Origin: Pristiophorus japonicus
Taxonomy: Eukaryota
Length of the DNA: 64,000 nt
Reading direction: 5' to 3'
Assembly: GCF_044704955.1 (NCBI RefSeq)
Contig: NC_091989.1
Location: forward strand, 117,118,001 to 117,182,000
Position numbers and translations under genes: made by a program. Positions within the stretch are counted from its first letter, which is position 1, and each line of letters begins with the position of its first letter. Shown in pieces: positions 23,021 through 36,493 of this stretch. The notes beneath the pieces were generated by a model. That model was not told the DNA's origin and did no database searches. It worked only from the letters and a program-made list of their open reading frames with translations.

Positions 23021-23195
23021 CAATGTCCCCAGCAGGCTGCACTATGTCCTGCGTGGTCCGTTTCTTTTAATGCACGGTCCCTTTACATTTCTGCACATGC
23101 GTGCTATTTCCAGTGTAAAAGCCGATGAGCGGCCTGCACGGGACCTTGCAGATTACTGTGTGGCCATGCATGTGTGCAGCTTAGAGGGAACATTG
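23021..23195. mobile_element. hAT-type MITE (older copy)
   Basis: caatgtcccc...ttagagggaacattg; interior is the reverse complement of 45337-45511. Confidence 0.65.
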
Positions 23196-23764
23196 CGAGC
23201 CATGTATCTACCTATGTTGGGGTCAAAATCTCTAGCAATTATGCTGCAAATTGAATCAATTATTGTGAAGATACCTTATTTACATGTTGTGGTTATCTAA
23301 AATTGTCACTGTACTTTCTGTATAATTCTAAACCGAATGCTGTGACAATTTTTCTCACGAGGCAGAAGAAAAGCTGCCAATGGTTTCCATGGTGTTGCTA
23401 CAAGTGTGTCTCTCAGTAAATTTACTTAGCATAAGTATCACAGGCTTGTCATCATCAATCAGTTCCAAGGGGAGGATATGTATCTTTCCTTTTAATTATT
23501 ATCAGAGAGTGAAGTGCTGAAATAAATATCTACCTTAAGGAAATACAATCTCATTTAAACATTGGAAACCCTCATCGGGTCATTCAGTATCTGTGGCGGG
23601 AGTAGACAAGTTATTGTTTCTGGTGTGGAACCCTTTGTCAGAATTAGTGCTTCCAGCATTTTCTATTTATGTTTCAGATTTCCAGCGTCTGTAGCTTTTT
23701 GTTACTCTTTCAAACCTTTTTGTTTTGCCCAGTGCTAAAAGAGGACTCACTTACATTCCACTTT

Positions 23765-23838
23765 ACTCCACAGACTTGAGCACTAATCAAGGCTTATATC
23801 TCAGTGTTGGACTGAGGGAGTGCTACATTGTCGGAGGT

Positions 23839-23869
<31 letters not shown>

Positions 23870-24140
23870 CCCCACTTGCCCTCTGTCGTAGCCGTAAAAG
23901 ATCTCATGGCACTATTTCAAAAAAGAGCAGAGGAGTTCTCCCCAGTATCCTGGCCAATATTTATTCCTCGATCAACATCACTAAAACAGTTTATCTGCGA
24001 ATTGCTGTTTGTGGGTCCTCGGTGTGTGAAAATTGACTGCCTACAAAACAACCGAGCATACCTTTCAGAAGTATTGCATTGGCCTTGAAGCACTTTGGGA
24101 TACGCTAAGGATGTGAAAGGCGCTATATAAATGCAGGCCT
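23765..24140 (+). mobile_element. DeuSINE (SacSINE1-like)
   Basis: Deu core gtcggaggtgccgtctttcagatgagacgataaaccgaggccc...gtaaaagatctcatggcactatttc. Confidence 0.8.
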
Positions 24141-24452
24141 TTTCGATACTGGCTGGTTGGGGGAGTGGGCTCGTGTGTAGCAGATTTCTTTGTCTGCTTC
24201 CCTTTTCAGTTTTGATAATTGGCCTTGACAAGACCACTCTGTGAAAAATGACACGCAGGTAGGGATGCAACAGAGCACATTCCTGAGTTGCTTACTGCCT
24301 CTGCCCAGATCTGTCATATAACCAGCAGGCGAAGCTGGAAAGCCTCAGACTTCTTACAATTTTCCCATACGCAATTGATTCTCCAGGCAAATTGTTGACT
24401 GTGGTAAAGGGTTCAAACACCAGGGGGTGCAAGTTAAAATTTAGGAGGTTTG

Positions 24453-25211
24453 GGGACCGAAATAGCCCCCCCCCCCCCCCCCTCCCCACCGATAAGGCTT
24501 CTGGCTGCCTGAAAGCAGCAGTCATGGGGCAGCGCGGAATGGTCGCTGACTCTCCGCGGAGGGGCCTCCATTTTGTAAATTGCCCTACCTCAGGTTTCGA
24601 ACGGTATCCAAGGCCACTCCGCCTGTTTTCCCGCTGCGGCGTGCACACGCTGACCCCTTACTGACCGGCGGGAACCCCCTCACGAAATTGTCCCTTGGGA
24701 AATAGGCCCTTTCCTGGTATTGCCCTGCAGGAGCAGCCCTGCCAGTGCCCCCAACAGCTTCTTGTGTTGGTGCACTCTCTGTAGTATGGCGGCCCGGCCG
24801 CCCTTAAAAAGGAGGGCACACTACCCCGGCTGCCTTGTTACTTTATTTTTGTCATCCGACTGCCAGCTTGGCCCGAATATTATGTCCCAGGTTTGGTCGC
24901 TGGCCCGGCCAAAATCCTCCCTAGTGGCCCAGTGGACCTAACTTAAAAATATGTATAGCTTGCAGCGGCTCTCCCCTTTAACTGAAGGGGAGAGATGCTG
25001 TGACGCGTCAGCGCAACGCTGATGACTGGTCAGGGAGGCGGGCCCGCTGCTAGGGCACTTTCGCCCCCTCAGCCGCCACCACTCCGCCCCGAGCCCAAAA
25101 AAATCAAAGTGCCGAATATCGACGCCATCTCCATCACATGGGGTGTGGGGGAGAAAATTTTTTAAAAACGGAGGATGCGCCCCATTTCGGGCGGAGGGCA
25201 ATTGCTACCCC
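24453..25211. mobile_element. GC-rich Harbinger-type MITE inserted in an old CR1 3' fragment (CR1 ~24390-25365)
   Basis: Degenerate TIRs gggaccgaaatagcccc / gggcaattgctacccc. Flanks read as CR1 C-terminus (TRGCKLKF...FSQTMINLWNNLP). Confidence 0.6.
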
Positions 25212-25491
25212 TCGGTATAAGGAGCGCATCAGTGGAACTTTTCAGCCAAACAATGATAAATTTGTGGAATAATTTACCAAAGAAGTCCATTAAAGTGGAC
25301 AATATTAATGAATTCAAAAGGCGAGAGATGGATTTGTATAATATGGTGAGAGGGTTGCTGGGTTGAGTCAATCTGATGGTATTTTTCAGCCTAATGGCTG
25401 CTTCCCTTACCTGAAGATTTTGAATGTTTTTTCTAGGATGACAAAGAAAAAGAAAAGGAAAAAAAAAATGATGTTACAAATTTATCACCTT

Positions 25492-28400
25492 TGTCACGTA
25501 TCTTACATTATTATATATAACTGTATCCTAACATGCTATACATGACTGTAATAAGGTATGGCCTGTAACCACCAGCATACCTTACCACCAGGGGTGCACT
25601 TGCAAGAGACAGGTATATAAGGACAGGTCTCAGGCAAGTGCAGCATTCCAGAGCTGTGAAATAAAGGTGCAGGTCCAGAGTGACCTTGACTTCACTACAT
25701 GCCTCGTGTGAATCTGTACTGAGGGGACAGGACTTTACAGTGGCGACGAGTTACAGGATTACAGAATCCACAGAATGGCGAACAACGGATCAGATGAAAA
25801 GTACAATGCGGGAGACAATTGGGAGGACTTTATAGAAAGGCTCCAGCAAAGCTTTGTAACCAAAGACTGGTTAGGCGATGATAAGGCATACAAGAGAAGA
25901 GCCCATCTCTTGACCAGCTGTGGCTCGAAAACATACGCTTTAATGAAGGACCTGCTGGCACCCGAGAAACCAGCAAGCAAGTCATTTGAAGAATTGAGCA
26001 CACTGGTAAGAGACCACCTGAAGCCAGCGAGCAGTCTACACATGGCCAGACACAGGTTCTACAATTACAGACACTGTGTGGGCCAGAGCATACCCGACTT
26101 CGTGGTGGAACTTCGGAGGTTGGTTAGTTTATGTGAGTTCTCCGACGAACTGAGGTGAGAAATGCTGAGAGACTTTTTCATTGAAGGAATAGGCCACGCA
26201 GGCATATTCTGAAAGCTCATAGAGACCAAGAACCTGACCTTAGAGGCAGCAGCACTGGTTGCACAGACATTCTTGGTAGGGGAAGAAGAAACAAAGTTGA
26301 TTTACAATGCAGGTACGACAACTAACGAAATATCGGAACAAGAAGTTCACAGCACTAAACAAGCTGCTACCCCCACACACAGACAAAACCGGGAGAACAG
26401 GCTCTCGACAGCAGGCAGAAGCCATCAAGGGCCACAGGAACGGCTGTTCACACCTCATCAACCCACAATGCGAGCAATCAACTACAAACTGAGAGAAGCT
26501 CAAGAGAGATCAGCCAGATGCAGCTCATTCTTTGGGAACACTTTAAACAATAGAACAGGTCTGTGCTGGAGGTGTGGGGGTGGGCACTCGTCAAGGGGAT
26601 GTCGATTTCAGCAGGCTGTTTAAGAAATTGTGAATATACAGGGCATTTGGCCTGTATGTGCAAAAAAATGGCAGCTCGGCTGGTATACGAATCGGATGGG
26701 TCGGAAAGCGGACCAGAAGATGGTGGGGACAGTACCCGGAACACCGATGTACAGCGGGTCAACACAATCAATGGCCGCTGCTCCTACAACAGGACGCCTC
26801 CTATAATGATGAGAGTCCTACTCAACGGGATATCTGTCAACATGGAGCTGGATACGGAGCGAGTCAATCTCTCATGGGCGTTCAACAATTTGAACAACTG
26901 TGGCCGCATAAAAGAGACAGACCGAAACTCACAAGGGTCGACACCACACTAAGGACCTATACCAGTCCTCGGCAGCGCCATGCTCTCTATCACACACAAA
27001 GGGACAGTGAACCGACTTCCCCTGTGGATTGTCCCCAGAGACCCCCCAGCACTGTTGGGGAGAAGCTGGCTGGCAAAACTAAACTGGAAATGGGATGATG
27101 TCCATGCCATGTCATTAGAGGAACGGACCTCCTGCTCAACAGTTATAAAGCGATTTGAACATCTCTTTCAGCCAGGTGTGGGCACTTTCAAAGGGGCCAA
27201 AGTCAAAATCTACATCACACAGGATGCTAGACCGGTCCATCACAATGCCAGAGCTGTACCCTATGTGATGAGGGAAAAGATTAAACACGAACGAGACAGG
27301 CTTCTGCGGGAAGTCATTATATCACCTGTGGAATTTAGCGACTGGGCAAGTCTCATCGTCCCTGTCATGAAGCCTGATGGATCCGTACGAATCTGTGGGG
27401 ACTACAAATCTACCATAAACAGAGTCTCCCTGCAGGACCAGTACCCGCTGCCCAGAGCGGAGGACTTATTTGCCATATTGGCTGGAGGTAAACGTTTCTC
27501 AAAACTAGACCTCACATCTGCATATATGACGCAAGAATTGACCGAGGAATCCAAGCTACTAACACCATCAACACACATCGAGGCCTTTTCATGTACAATC
27601 GATGCCCATTCGGCATCAGGTCGGCAGCTGCCATATTCCAGCACAACATAGAGAGTCTGCTCAAGTCCATCCCGGGGACGGTTGTATTTCAAGACGACAT
27701 ACTTATCACGGGCAGGGACACCGACTCTCATCTCCGTAATTTGGAGGAAGTACTAAAGCGGTTGGATCGGGTAGGCCTACGAGTCAAGAAATCCAAGTGC
27801 CTGTTTCTCGCACCCGAGGTTGAATTTTTGGGCGGAAGGATTGCCGCTGATGGAATCCGCCCAACAGAGTCCAAAACAGAAGCAATTCGCCTGGCACCCA
27901 GGCCCCGGAATGTCTCAAAACTGCGCGCCTTTCTCGGGCTACTCAATTACTTTGGAAACTTTATGCAGAACTTAAGCACACTGCTAGAGCCTCTCCACGT
28001 GCTACTCAGGAAGGGGCGCGATTGGTTTTGGGGGAACGCCCAGGAACGCGCCTTCAATAAGGCACGCAACCTTCTGTGTTCCAACAGTGTTTTGACTTTT
28101 TTTGACCCAGGTAAAAAGCTAGTTCTCACATGCGATGTGTCAGCGTATGGGGTCAGGTGCGTTTTACAACATGACAATAGTGCGGGCAAATAGTACAACC
28201 CATAGCTTATGCCTCCAGGTCACTTTCGCGGGCAGAGCGCGGGTACGGAATGGTAGAGAAGGAGGCACTCGCGTGCGTGTACGTTGTCAAAAAGATGCAC
28301 CAATACCTTTTCGGGGCCAAGTTCGCGTTAGAAACCGACCACAAGCCCCTCACGTCCCTCCTATCCAAGAGCAAGGCAATAAACGCCAACGCCTCGGCGC

Positions 28401-30204
28401 GAATTCAACGGTGGGCACTTATGCTGGCGTCCTACGACTACACAATAAGGCACAGACCAGGCACAGACAACTGTGCCGACGTACTCAGCGGGCTACCCCT
28501 GGCGACCACGGAAGGGTCTGATGAACAGGACTGTGAGATAGTCATGGCAATCATTGCCTTTGCGTCCACAGGTTCGCCCATGACGGCTCGCCAAATCAGA
28601 GCCTGGACGACCAGTGACCCCACGTTATCCTTAGTAAAAAGATGTGTCCTAACCGGTGACTGGGCAGAGGCTCGCGATGCCTGCCCCGAGGAATTAAAAC
28701 CCTTTCACAGGCGCATGCATGAGCTATCACTACAAGCAGACTGCCTGATGTGGGGCAGCCGAGTAGTCATGCCTCTGCGAGGCAGAGAGGCATTTGTCCG
28801 GGAGCTCCACCGCGAGCACCCGGGGATCGCTCTCATGAAGGCCATAGCCAGATCCCACGTCTGGTGGCCTGGTATTGACGCGGACTTGGAGCTCTGCGTC
28901 CGAAGGTGCACCATTTGTGCCCAACTCAGCAATGCCCCCAGGGAGGCTCCACTGAGCCCCTGGCCCTGGCCTACCAAACCGTGGTCGCAGATGCACGTAG
29001 GCTATGCGAGTCCATTCATGGACAAAATGTTCCTCGTAGTTGTAGATGCATTTTCAAAGTGGATCGAATGCACCATTTTAAACTCGAGCATAACCTTCAC
29101 CACTGTGGAGAGCCTCACAACCATGTTTGCAACGCACGGAATCCCTGACATATTGTTCACCAGCGCAGAATTCCAAGACTTTATAATTGACCACGGCATA
29201 AATCACGTCAAGACAGCACCGTTCAAGCCGGCCTCCAACGGCCAGGCAGAGAGATCAGTGCAAATCATTAAACAAGGCATGCTTAAAATCCAAGGTCCCA
29301 CGCTGCAGGGTCGCCTGTAGCGACTGCTGCTGGCATACAGATCTTGTCCGCACTCACTGACTGGGATCCCCCCCGCGCAACTGTTGATGAAAAGGACTTT
29401 AAAAATAAGGCTCTCATTAATCCTCCCAGACATGCACAAAATCGTTGAGGCAAAGTGCCGTAAGCTGACTGAGTACCATGACAGAAATTCGAGGGGAAGA
29501 TGGAATGAGATAGGGGACAAAGTGTTTGTACTAAATTATGGCAGGGGTCCCAAATGGCTTGCAGGGACAGTAACGGGCAAGGAAGGAAACAGGCTACTGG
29601 TAGTACAAATGGACAATGGCAAAACCTGCCGGAGGCATGTAGACCAAGTCAAAAGCAGATTTACCAACAACACTGCGGAACCAGAGGCAGACTACAATGT
29701 GGAACTCGCACCACACCTGGTGGACAGACAGAGGGAACAACCTGAGGAAAGGGCAATCCCTACAGACAGCCCAGGCGAGTCAACAACAATCACACCAATC
29801 GAAACAGACAGCCCAGGCGAGATACCAGCAACCACACCCAAAGAAAAACAGACACCAAGGCAAACAACTGAACCACAACTCAGACGCTCCACGTGAGAGC
29901 GTAGACCACCTGAGAGACTGAACCTATAAAGACAATAAGACCTTGGGGAAGGGTGATGTCATGTATCTTACATTATTATATATAACTGTATCCTAACATG
30001 CTATACATGACTGTAATAAGATATGACCTGTAACCACCAGCATACCTTACCACCGGGGGTGCACTTGCAAGAGACAGGTATATAAAGACAGGTCTCAGGC
30101 AAGTGCAGCATTCCAGAGCTGTGAAATAAAGGTGCAGGTCCAGAGTGACCTTGACTTCACTACATGCCTCGTGTGAATCTGTACTGAGGGGACAGGACTT
30201 TACA
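25492..30204 (+). mobile_element. Full-length Gypsy (Mag/K02A2.6-like) LTR retrotransposon
   Basis: 248-bp LTRs 25492-25739 and 29957-30204 with 5 differences; TSD ACCTT; PBS TGGCGACGAG; PPT GGGGAAGGG. gag from 25775, protease MELDTG, RT FQDD, RNase H, integrase (HxxH..CxxC, VVVDAFSKW). Several stops and frameshifts. Confidence 0.97.
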
Positions 30205-31293
30205 ACCTTTATCTCACATGGAATCTCAGTTATAAATGGTTAAATAGAAATTTGATTTTTCTTGTAACAAGCCATAAGCATTGTTACCATGGCAATGAGA
30301 CTCTTGGGAAAACAAATGCCCGTTTACATTTCATTTTTAATGATGCTTTATTTTGTGATAAAACTGGAGGGGGGGGGAGAGTAACAGGTGAAGTGCAGAA
30401 TGGGCCCAATTTAAAGAAAATAAAATGTACTTTTAATTGGCGGCCTCTGCTTCGACTGCAGTGGCTGCTAAACAATCCTGAGCAGGGCAGGCCTGACGAC
30501 TGCCCCGCTCACCACTCACCAATTTCTGTAAGGGGATCTAAAATAGGCGTTAGGCCCCTCACTTACAAAAATAATGACTGATCGCCTTGTTTTAGGCAGC
30601 CACCAGGGACGCCTGAATAGTGGTCCGACCCAATTCGGGGTCAGATGTTTTTCAGGCGTCCAGCGGGGGTGGGGTGCAAGATGTAAAACAGGCATGATGA
30701 AGTCCAACCCCAGCATTTCTTGTGATCCACTTGAGCATTTTACCTATTACTGAAGACAAACTAATGGATCTAAGTCCCTAGTTCTGTTTTGTCACCCTTT
30801 TTGAAAATTGGAACTACATGAGCATCTGAGGAAACAGTCCCGACCCTAACTTAGCGAGCTGTCAAAGGTACGGGCAAGGGGCTCGTACATCACCTGTTCC
30901 ACCTCTTTAAGGACCTCGGGTGGATCTCATCTATTGCTGATAGGTGGACTTTATCTTCATGAGCAAAGACTGAAATAATCATTTAGTACCTCTGCTGTAC
31001 CCTGGGAGCTCACTCGAGTTGCCTCAGATTGTGATCGGCCTCTTTAGAGAAATATTTTCTCTGTAAAATAAATAGGAAAAAGCATTTCAGGACATTCTAT
31101 GGTTTTTAAGGAAAAGATTATCAACAATAATAATCTTTTTAGAGGTACTTTGGTAAATTAATCTTAATGTTTTATTTTTTCTGTGCTGCAAAGATGGCAA
31201 ATATTAACTGTTCTCATTTAATGACTGTGTGGCTCACTCTCAAATTTTGTCGAATAACGCTCCTTGGGACATTTTGCTACGTTAAAGGCGCTA

Positions 31294-32315
31294 TAAGACA
31301 ACCCCAACCTCTGTCGTCGAGCTACAGTACGCGGACGACGCCTGCGTCTGCGCACATACAGAGGCTGAACTCCAGGACATAGTTGACGTATTTACTGAGG
31401 CATATGAAAGCATGTGCATTACGCTAAACATCCGTAAGACAAAAGTCCTCCACCAGCCTGTCCTCACCACACAGCGCTGCCCCCCAGTCACCAAGATCCA
31501 CGGCACGGCCCTGGACACCGTGGACCACTTCCCATATCTCGGGAGCCTCCTATCAACAAGAGCAGGCATCGACGACGAGATCCAACACCGCCTCCAGTGC
31601 ACCTGTGCAGCCTTCGGCTGCCTGAGGAAAAGAGTGTTTGATGACCAGGCTCCCAAAACTGCCACCAAGCTCATGGGCTACAGGGCTGTAGTAATACCTG
31701 CCCTCCTGTATGGCTCAGAGACATGGACCATGTACAGCAGACACCTCAAGTTGCTGGAGAAATATCACCAACGATGTCTCCACAAGATCCTACAAATCCC
31801 CTGGGAGGACAGGTGCACCAACATCAGCATTCTCGTCCAGGCTAACATCCCCAGCATTGAAGCGCTGGTCACACTCAATTAGCTCCGCTGGGCATGCCAC
31901 ATAGTTCGCATGCCAGACACGAGATTCCCAAAGCAAACGCTCTACTCGGAACTCCTTCACGGCAAATGAGCCAAAGATGGGCAGCGGAAACGCTACAAGG
32001 ACACCCTCAAAGCCTCCCTGATAAAGTGCGACATCCCCACTGACACTTGGGAGTCCCTGGCCCAAGACCGCCCTAAGTGGAGGAAGTGAATTTGAGAGGG
32101 CGCTGAGCACCTCGAGTCTCAATGCCGAGAGCATGCAGAAATCAAGCGCAGACAGCAGAAAGAGCGTGCGGCAAACCAGTCCCACCCACCCCTTCCCTCA
32201 ATGACTATCTGTGACAGAGTCTGTGGCTCTCGTATTGGACTGTTCAGCCACCAAAAAACTCACTTCAGGAGCGGAAGCAAATCTTCCTCGATTCCGAGGG
32301 ACTGCCTATGATGAT
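31294..32315 (+). mobile_element. RTE-clade LINE 3' fragment
   Basis: LQYADD RT motif at ~31322-31339, LNIRKTKV, FPYLGS, LLYGSETW; 3' end gggactgcctatgatgat. Confidence 0.9.
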
Positions 32316-32636
32316 ATGAATGTAAGATGTGTGCGATATAAACACAAGTTCTTTCTTTACGGGTTTTATATTTATCTGTTTTTTAGCTGTCGGGAAATTT
32401 GACAAATAATTTTATTTGTAGGATGAGGATATTAACTTCAATTATTTATTCCCTGTCTACGACTACCCTTCTGTGGCTGTATTCCAATGCACTAACAGGC
32501 AGTGATTTTGAATCTGAGGCTTGGGCCAGAGTCCATATCGTCTGCCAGATAATCAGAAGCCGTATCAATCAATACCATATGCTCAGAGAGGAACTTAATG
32601 AAGATAAAATGTGGACAAGTATGTGCAGAGTTACAA

Positions 32637-33270
32637 GGGGCTGGATTTTCAGCGTTGATGTTTTTGGGGTGGTAATGGCAGCAGGGCGGTAAAGTTTGCG
32701 TCTGGGAGCAGTTTATGCCTCAGTAAGTAGCATTGGCCAGCTGGGCCCTGAGTCAGGGCGTGCACAGCGCTAAGGGAGGCGTTGTACACCTTTCTTCTGG
32801 CGATAGCATGGGAAACTCCTGAATTAAAGAATCGAGCCAGGAGCGCTCCGAGAGAAGCCTGGGGGGGACAAAATAAAATTATAAAAGCAACTAAAACATT
32901 CCCAAAACTTTGTCCACAGCACCACAACACAAATCGCAAAAAAAATTAAAAGATAAAGCAATCACACTTACCTTCGGAGTCCATTACTTACCTCTCCGTT
33001 GCACCGCCTGATTTCCCAGATGTTCACTGCAAGGCGCGCTTTGGGGCATACGGGTCGGACTAGAGTCAAAACTCGCGTCAGTGTCGTAATCAGGGGCGTT
33101 GCACACCGGTGCAGCTCTTCCCGGTGGTGCTGCTCTGTGCCACTGCAAAACTGGACCCGAGGATTACTGCGGGGAGCTGGAGGCTGATCGCCTGCCCAGA
33201 ACACATCATTGCCCCCATTGCCGCCACTCCGGGTCAAAAACAGAGTGGACTGGAGCCAAAAATACACCCC
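32637..33270. mobile_element. CpG-rich Harbinger-like MITE/arm; right end uncertain
   Basis: Starts GGGGCTGGATTTTC; GC-rich arm plus A-rich interior like other elements here. No clear second TIR. Confidence 0.4.
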
Positions 33271-33957
33271 AACTCCTTTAATTTTCTCTGTAACCTTATC
33301 AGTCCCGATTTAATAACGAGGCCGTGTTACTTGCATGTGGTGCCTCAGTTTAAGGGGTCCCATGCTGAATTTCATGCCTTCGGGCACGGCTCCATCCACA
33401 CAGCATGTCGTACCCACTAAAAGTGGCCACAGAGAATTCGTGGGACCTGTTTAAGCAGATCTTAAAGGCAGGTGGAGGATTCTGTTCCAGGTAAGTTTTC
33501 TGTATTTTTACTTCACTCTTGCAGCATTTTGCTGCATGCATTAGTTGGCTTTGCTGGGCAGTTCTCCGTTTTTATTTTCCTGCCAATACAGGAAGGCCAT
33601 CCCTTTAGGAATTCTGAAGGTGTTGCAAAATTGATAGGAGGAAGTGGAGTTCATGAATGCCCAATAGATGCAGGTGCAATGACCCGGAGGCATTTTGACC
33701 ATGCTCAGGATGACCTCGGGATCTGGTTTAATAGACCCCCTCCCACACTGAACCTGGACAGGTCAAAGGGAATGTATCAGAGGTGCTTTCACTTCACAAG
33801 AAAGATTGATGCAAGGTTGTGCCATCTGCTGCAAAATGGCCTGTAGACAGCATCTGAACTAGGAACCAATCCTTCGATTCAAATAAAATTAATCATAGAT
33901 TGAAACTTTCATGCTACCAAATCTCTCCAAGTCACCCCAACAGACAACTGCCACATT

Positions 33958-34508
33958 CTTCTTCTTAGGCATTCCCTCGGATCGATGATGACTTGCGTCC
34001 ACGCCAAAAAAGGATGAGTTCACAGGTGTTTCAATAAAGGACCTAATATTCCAGGTCCCGAACTGCATATTGAAGGGTGGAAGATGCCTGTGCGTGGATT
34101 TTTTAAACGTGTGGTGACCGTTGTACACCAGCCACCACACAGACTTGACAGAGCTAGGTCTTGGTCCAGTGGCAAGGAATAACCAAGATGACTGGAGACC
34201 TGCTCTGTTGCACGGACGTAGTGCGCACGCATGTTGGTGTGAGCTGGCCCGTGCTGCCCCTGGATCCACGCCTCTCAAGGGCCCTGATCACATTGCTCTG
34301 CAGTCTCTCGCCGCTCCTTTGCCCCAACCTCACCGCTCCTGCTGTACCTGCCCACGCTCCAATCACTGACCTGGGTTATGATGACGTCCAATCCAGACAT
34401 CCTCTTCACAGCCGTCGCCCTCCCACACTGGCTCGCGCTGTACCTCTCCGCTCCTTTTATGGCCCCGACCTGCCGCAGATTGTTCCTCGCAGGCGGCCCC
34501 GACCTGCA
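33958..34508 (-). mobile_element. RTE-derived bipartite non-autonomous retroelement
   Basis: 12-bp TSD AACTGCCACATT; (GAA)n tail; start of RTE endonuclease (MQFGTWNIR) joined to an RTE 3' end like that at 32270-32315. Confidence 0.8.
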
Positions 34509-34614
34509 AACTGCCACATTAAACAGTCTGCCGCACACACAAATATCAACCAGTAGCAGGTGCAGTGTTTTCAAGGGAGAAAACCTTCATTGTTTTTCCC
34601 ATGAAATACAGGCA

Positions 34615-34832
34615 TCATAGAACAGTACAGCACAGAAGGAGGCCATTTGGCACATCGAGTCTGCGCTGGCTCTTTCAAAGAGCAGTCCAGTTAGTCCCCT
34701 CCCCTGCTCTTTCCCCACATCCCTGCAATTTTTTCTCCATGAAATATTTATCCAAATCAATTCTCAGGGCTACCACTGAATCTGTATCCACCACCCTTTC
34801 AGGCAGTGCATTCTAAATCTTAACCACTTGCT
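34615..34832 (-). mobile_element. CR1 3'-end fragment; second copy at ~35569-35790
   Basis: atcatagaa..gtacagcacagaaggaggccatttgg...ccctttcaggcagtgcattc; the two copies are mutually similar. Confidence 0.55.
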
Positions 34833-36217
34833 GGGAGAGAGAGTGTGAGGCGGGGCTCGGTAACGTATTCACCCAGAGCCAGGCGCAGAGCACTGAGCCA
34901 GTCAAAGGGTCACCAAATATATCCATACTATCAGCTTGAGGGCAAAACAAAACTGTTTGTCACACATTCTTTTTTTTTTAAAGCCTGTAAACCGCAGTGT
35001 CCAAAGTTTCGGAGATTTTTAACATGTAAGTCCACAATCTGGAGCCTCGAGTGATCTCATCCGCTTTCGCCATTGCTCAGTGCCCAGAATTTACCCCGAA
35101 AAGGCCACACCTATTGCGGCGTTTCCCTTCCCGCTTGCAGTGCTGTAAACTGAAGGCTGCCCCACCTCCTTGCACCATTGCTCACTCTGCTCTTCTCAGT
35201 CACATCTCTCCTCCCCGTGAGACTGAAAAATAAAGCTGGCCCCCAATGAGAAATGTTTCTAAATGAGTCGCCCTTCGCTGTACTACCAAACAGCTAACCT
35301 TCTCCTCTCCTCCCACAGACACCAATGAGGTGATTGGTAGGAACCCAGGCCCACTGCCTATCCTCACTGGTCATTATCACAGGCTGCAACTTGTCAAAGA
35401 TTTTCTCCAGTGAATAATTGGTCAATGCTTTGCAGGCTCCCGGAATGTCTCTGCGGACCCCAGTTTAAGAATCACTGGACTAGAGTGCAATTGGAGATTG
35501 ATCATCGTGTTTTCCACCACCCGATCTCGTTCAACCACAGCAAGCAGTGTCACTACTCCAAGGCCAAATCATAGAATTGTTACAGCAGAGTAGGTGGCCA
35601 TTTGGCCCATTGAGCCCAACCCGGCTCTCTGCAAGAGCACTTCAGCTAGTCCCAATCCTCCACCCTTTCCCCGTAGCCCTGCAATTTTTTTTCTTTCAGG
35701 TACTTATCCAATTCCCTTTTGAAAGCCACAATTGAATCTGCCTCCACACCCTTTCAGGCAGTGCATTCCAGGTCATAACCACTCGCTGCCACTCCACCTC
35801 CTTCCTTTCCTTCCCTATCTTTCCTGAACACCTTGTATCCAGGAATATTTAGTACTCAATCCTACCCTTTTTTGAGCCAGGTGTCTGTCATCGCCACAAC
35901 ATCATATTTCCAAGTGGCTATTTGTGCCTGCATCAGCTGGATAGAGTCTGCATTGGTATCAGGGTTCCTCTCCTACCCAACCTCCCGAGGCTTCTTCATA
36001 ACAACTCCATCTTCTTCATGAACAGAAAGAGTTTGCACTTAACTATTGTTCAGGTGGTTTCTGATCATAGAAACATCATTCTGCACATCAGTGGCTGTTA
36101 TTCAGGAAGCAGCCCTGGTGCCTCCTCTCTACGGTTCCCCATTATTTCTAGGGGAAGAAACGTTGGGTGGCTGGCCCTTAGAAGAGCAGGTCTCTCATCT
36201 GCATTCATGACCACACC

Positions 36218-36493
36218 TGTTGTGTATATATAACATAAGTATATACCCTGTACAGTCAATGTACAGTTACATAAAACTACTGGATATATCCTCACACTAT
36301 GTCTGTACCACCAGAGGGTGCAACTGGTGGAGACCTAGGGGTCACCTGTACATGACAGGTAACCAGGTATAAAAGGGAGCTCACCATGCTGTACCCTCAC
36401 TCTGGAGCTGCAATAAATGGACTAAGGTCACAACAGTTCAAGTACAATACCTTACCTCGTGGAGTCATTACTAGAGTGCTTACAGATACAACA
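36218..36493 (+). mobile_element. Solo LTR (Gypsy, related to the other LTRs here)
   Basis: TGTTGTG..TACAACA termini; TSD ACACC; internal accaccagagggtgca, TATAAAA and AATAAA as in the 25492 LTR. Confidence 0.9.
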
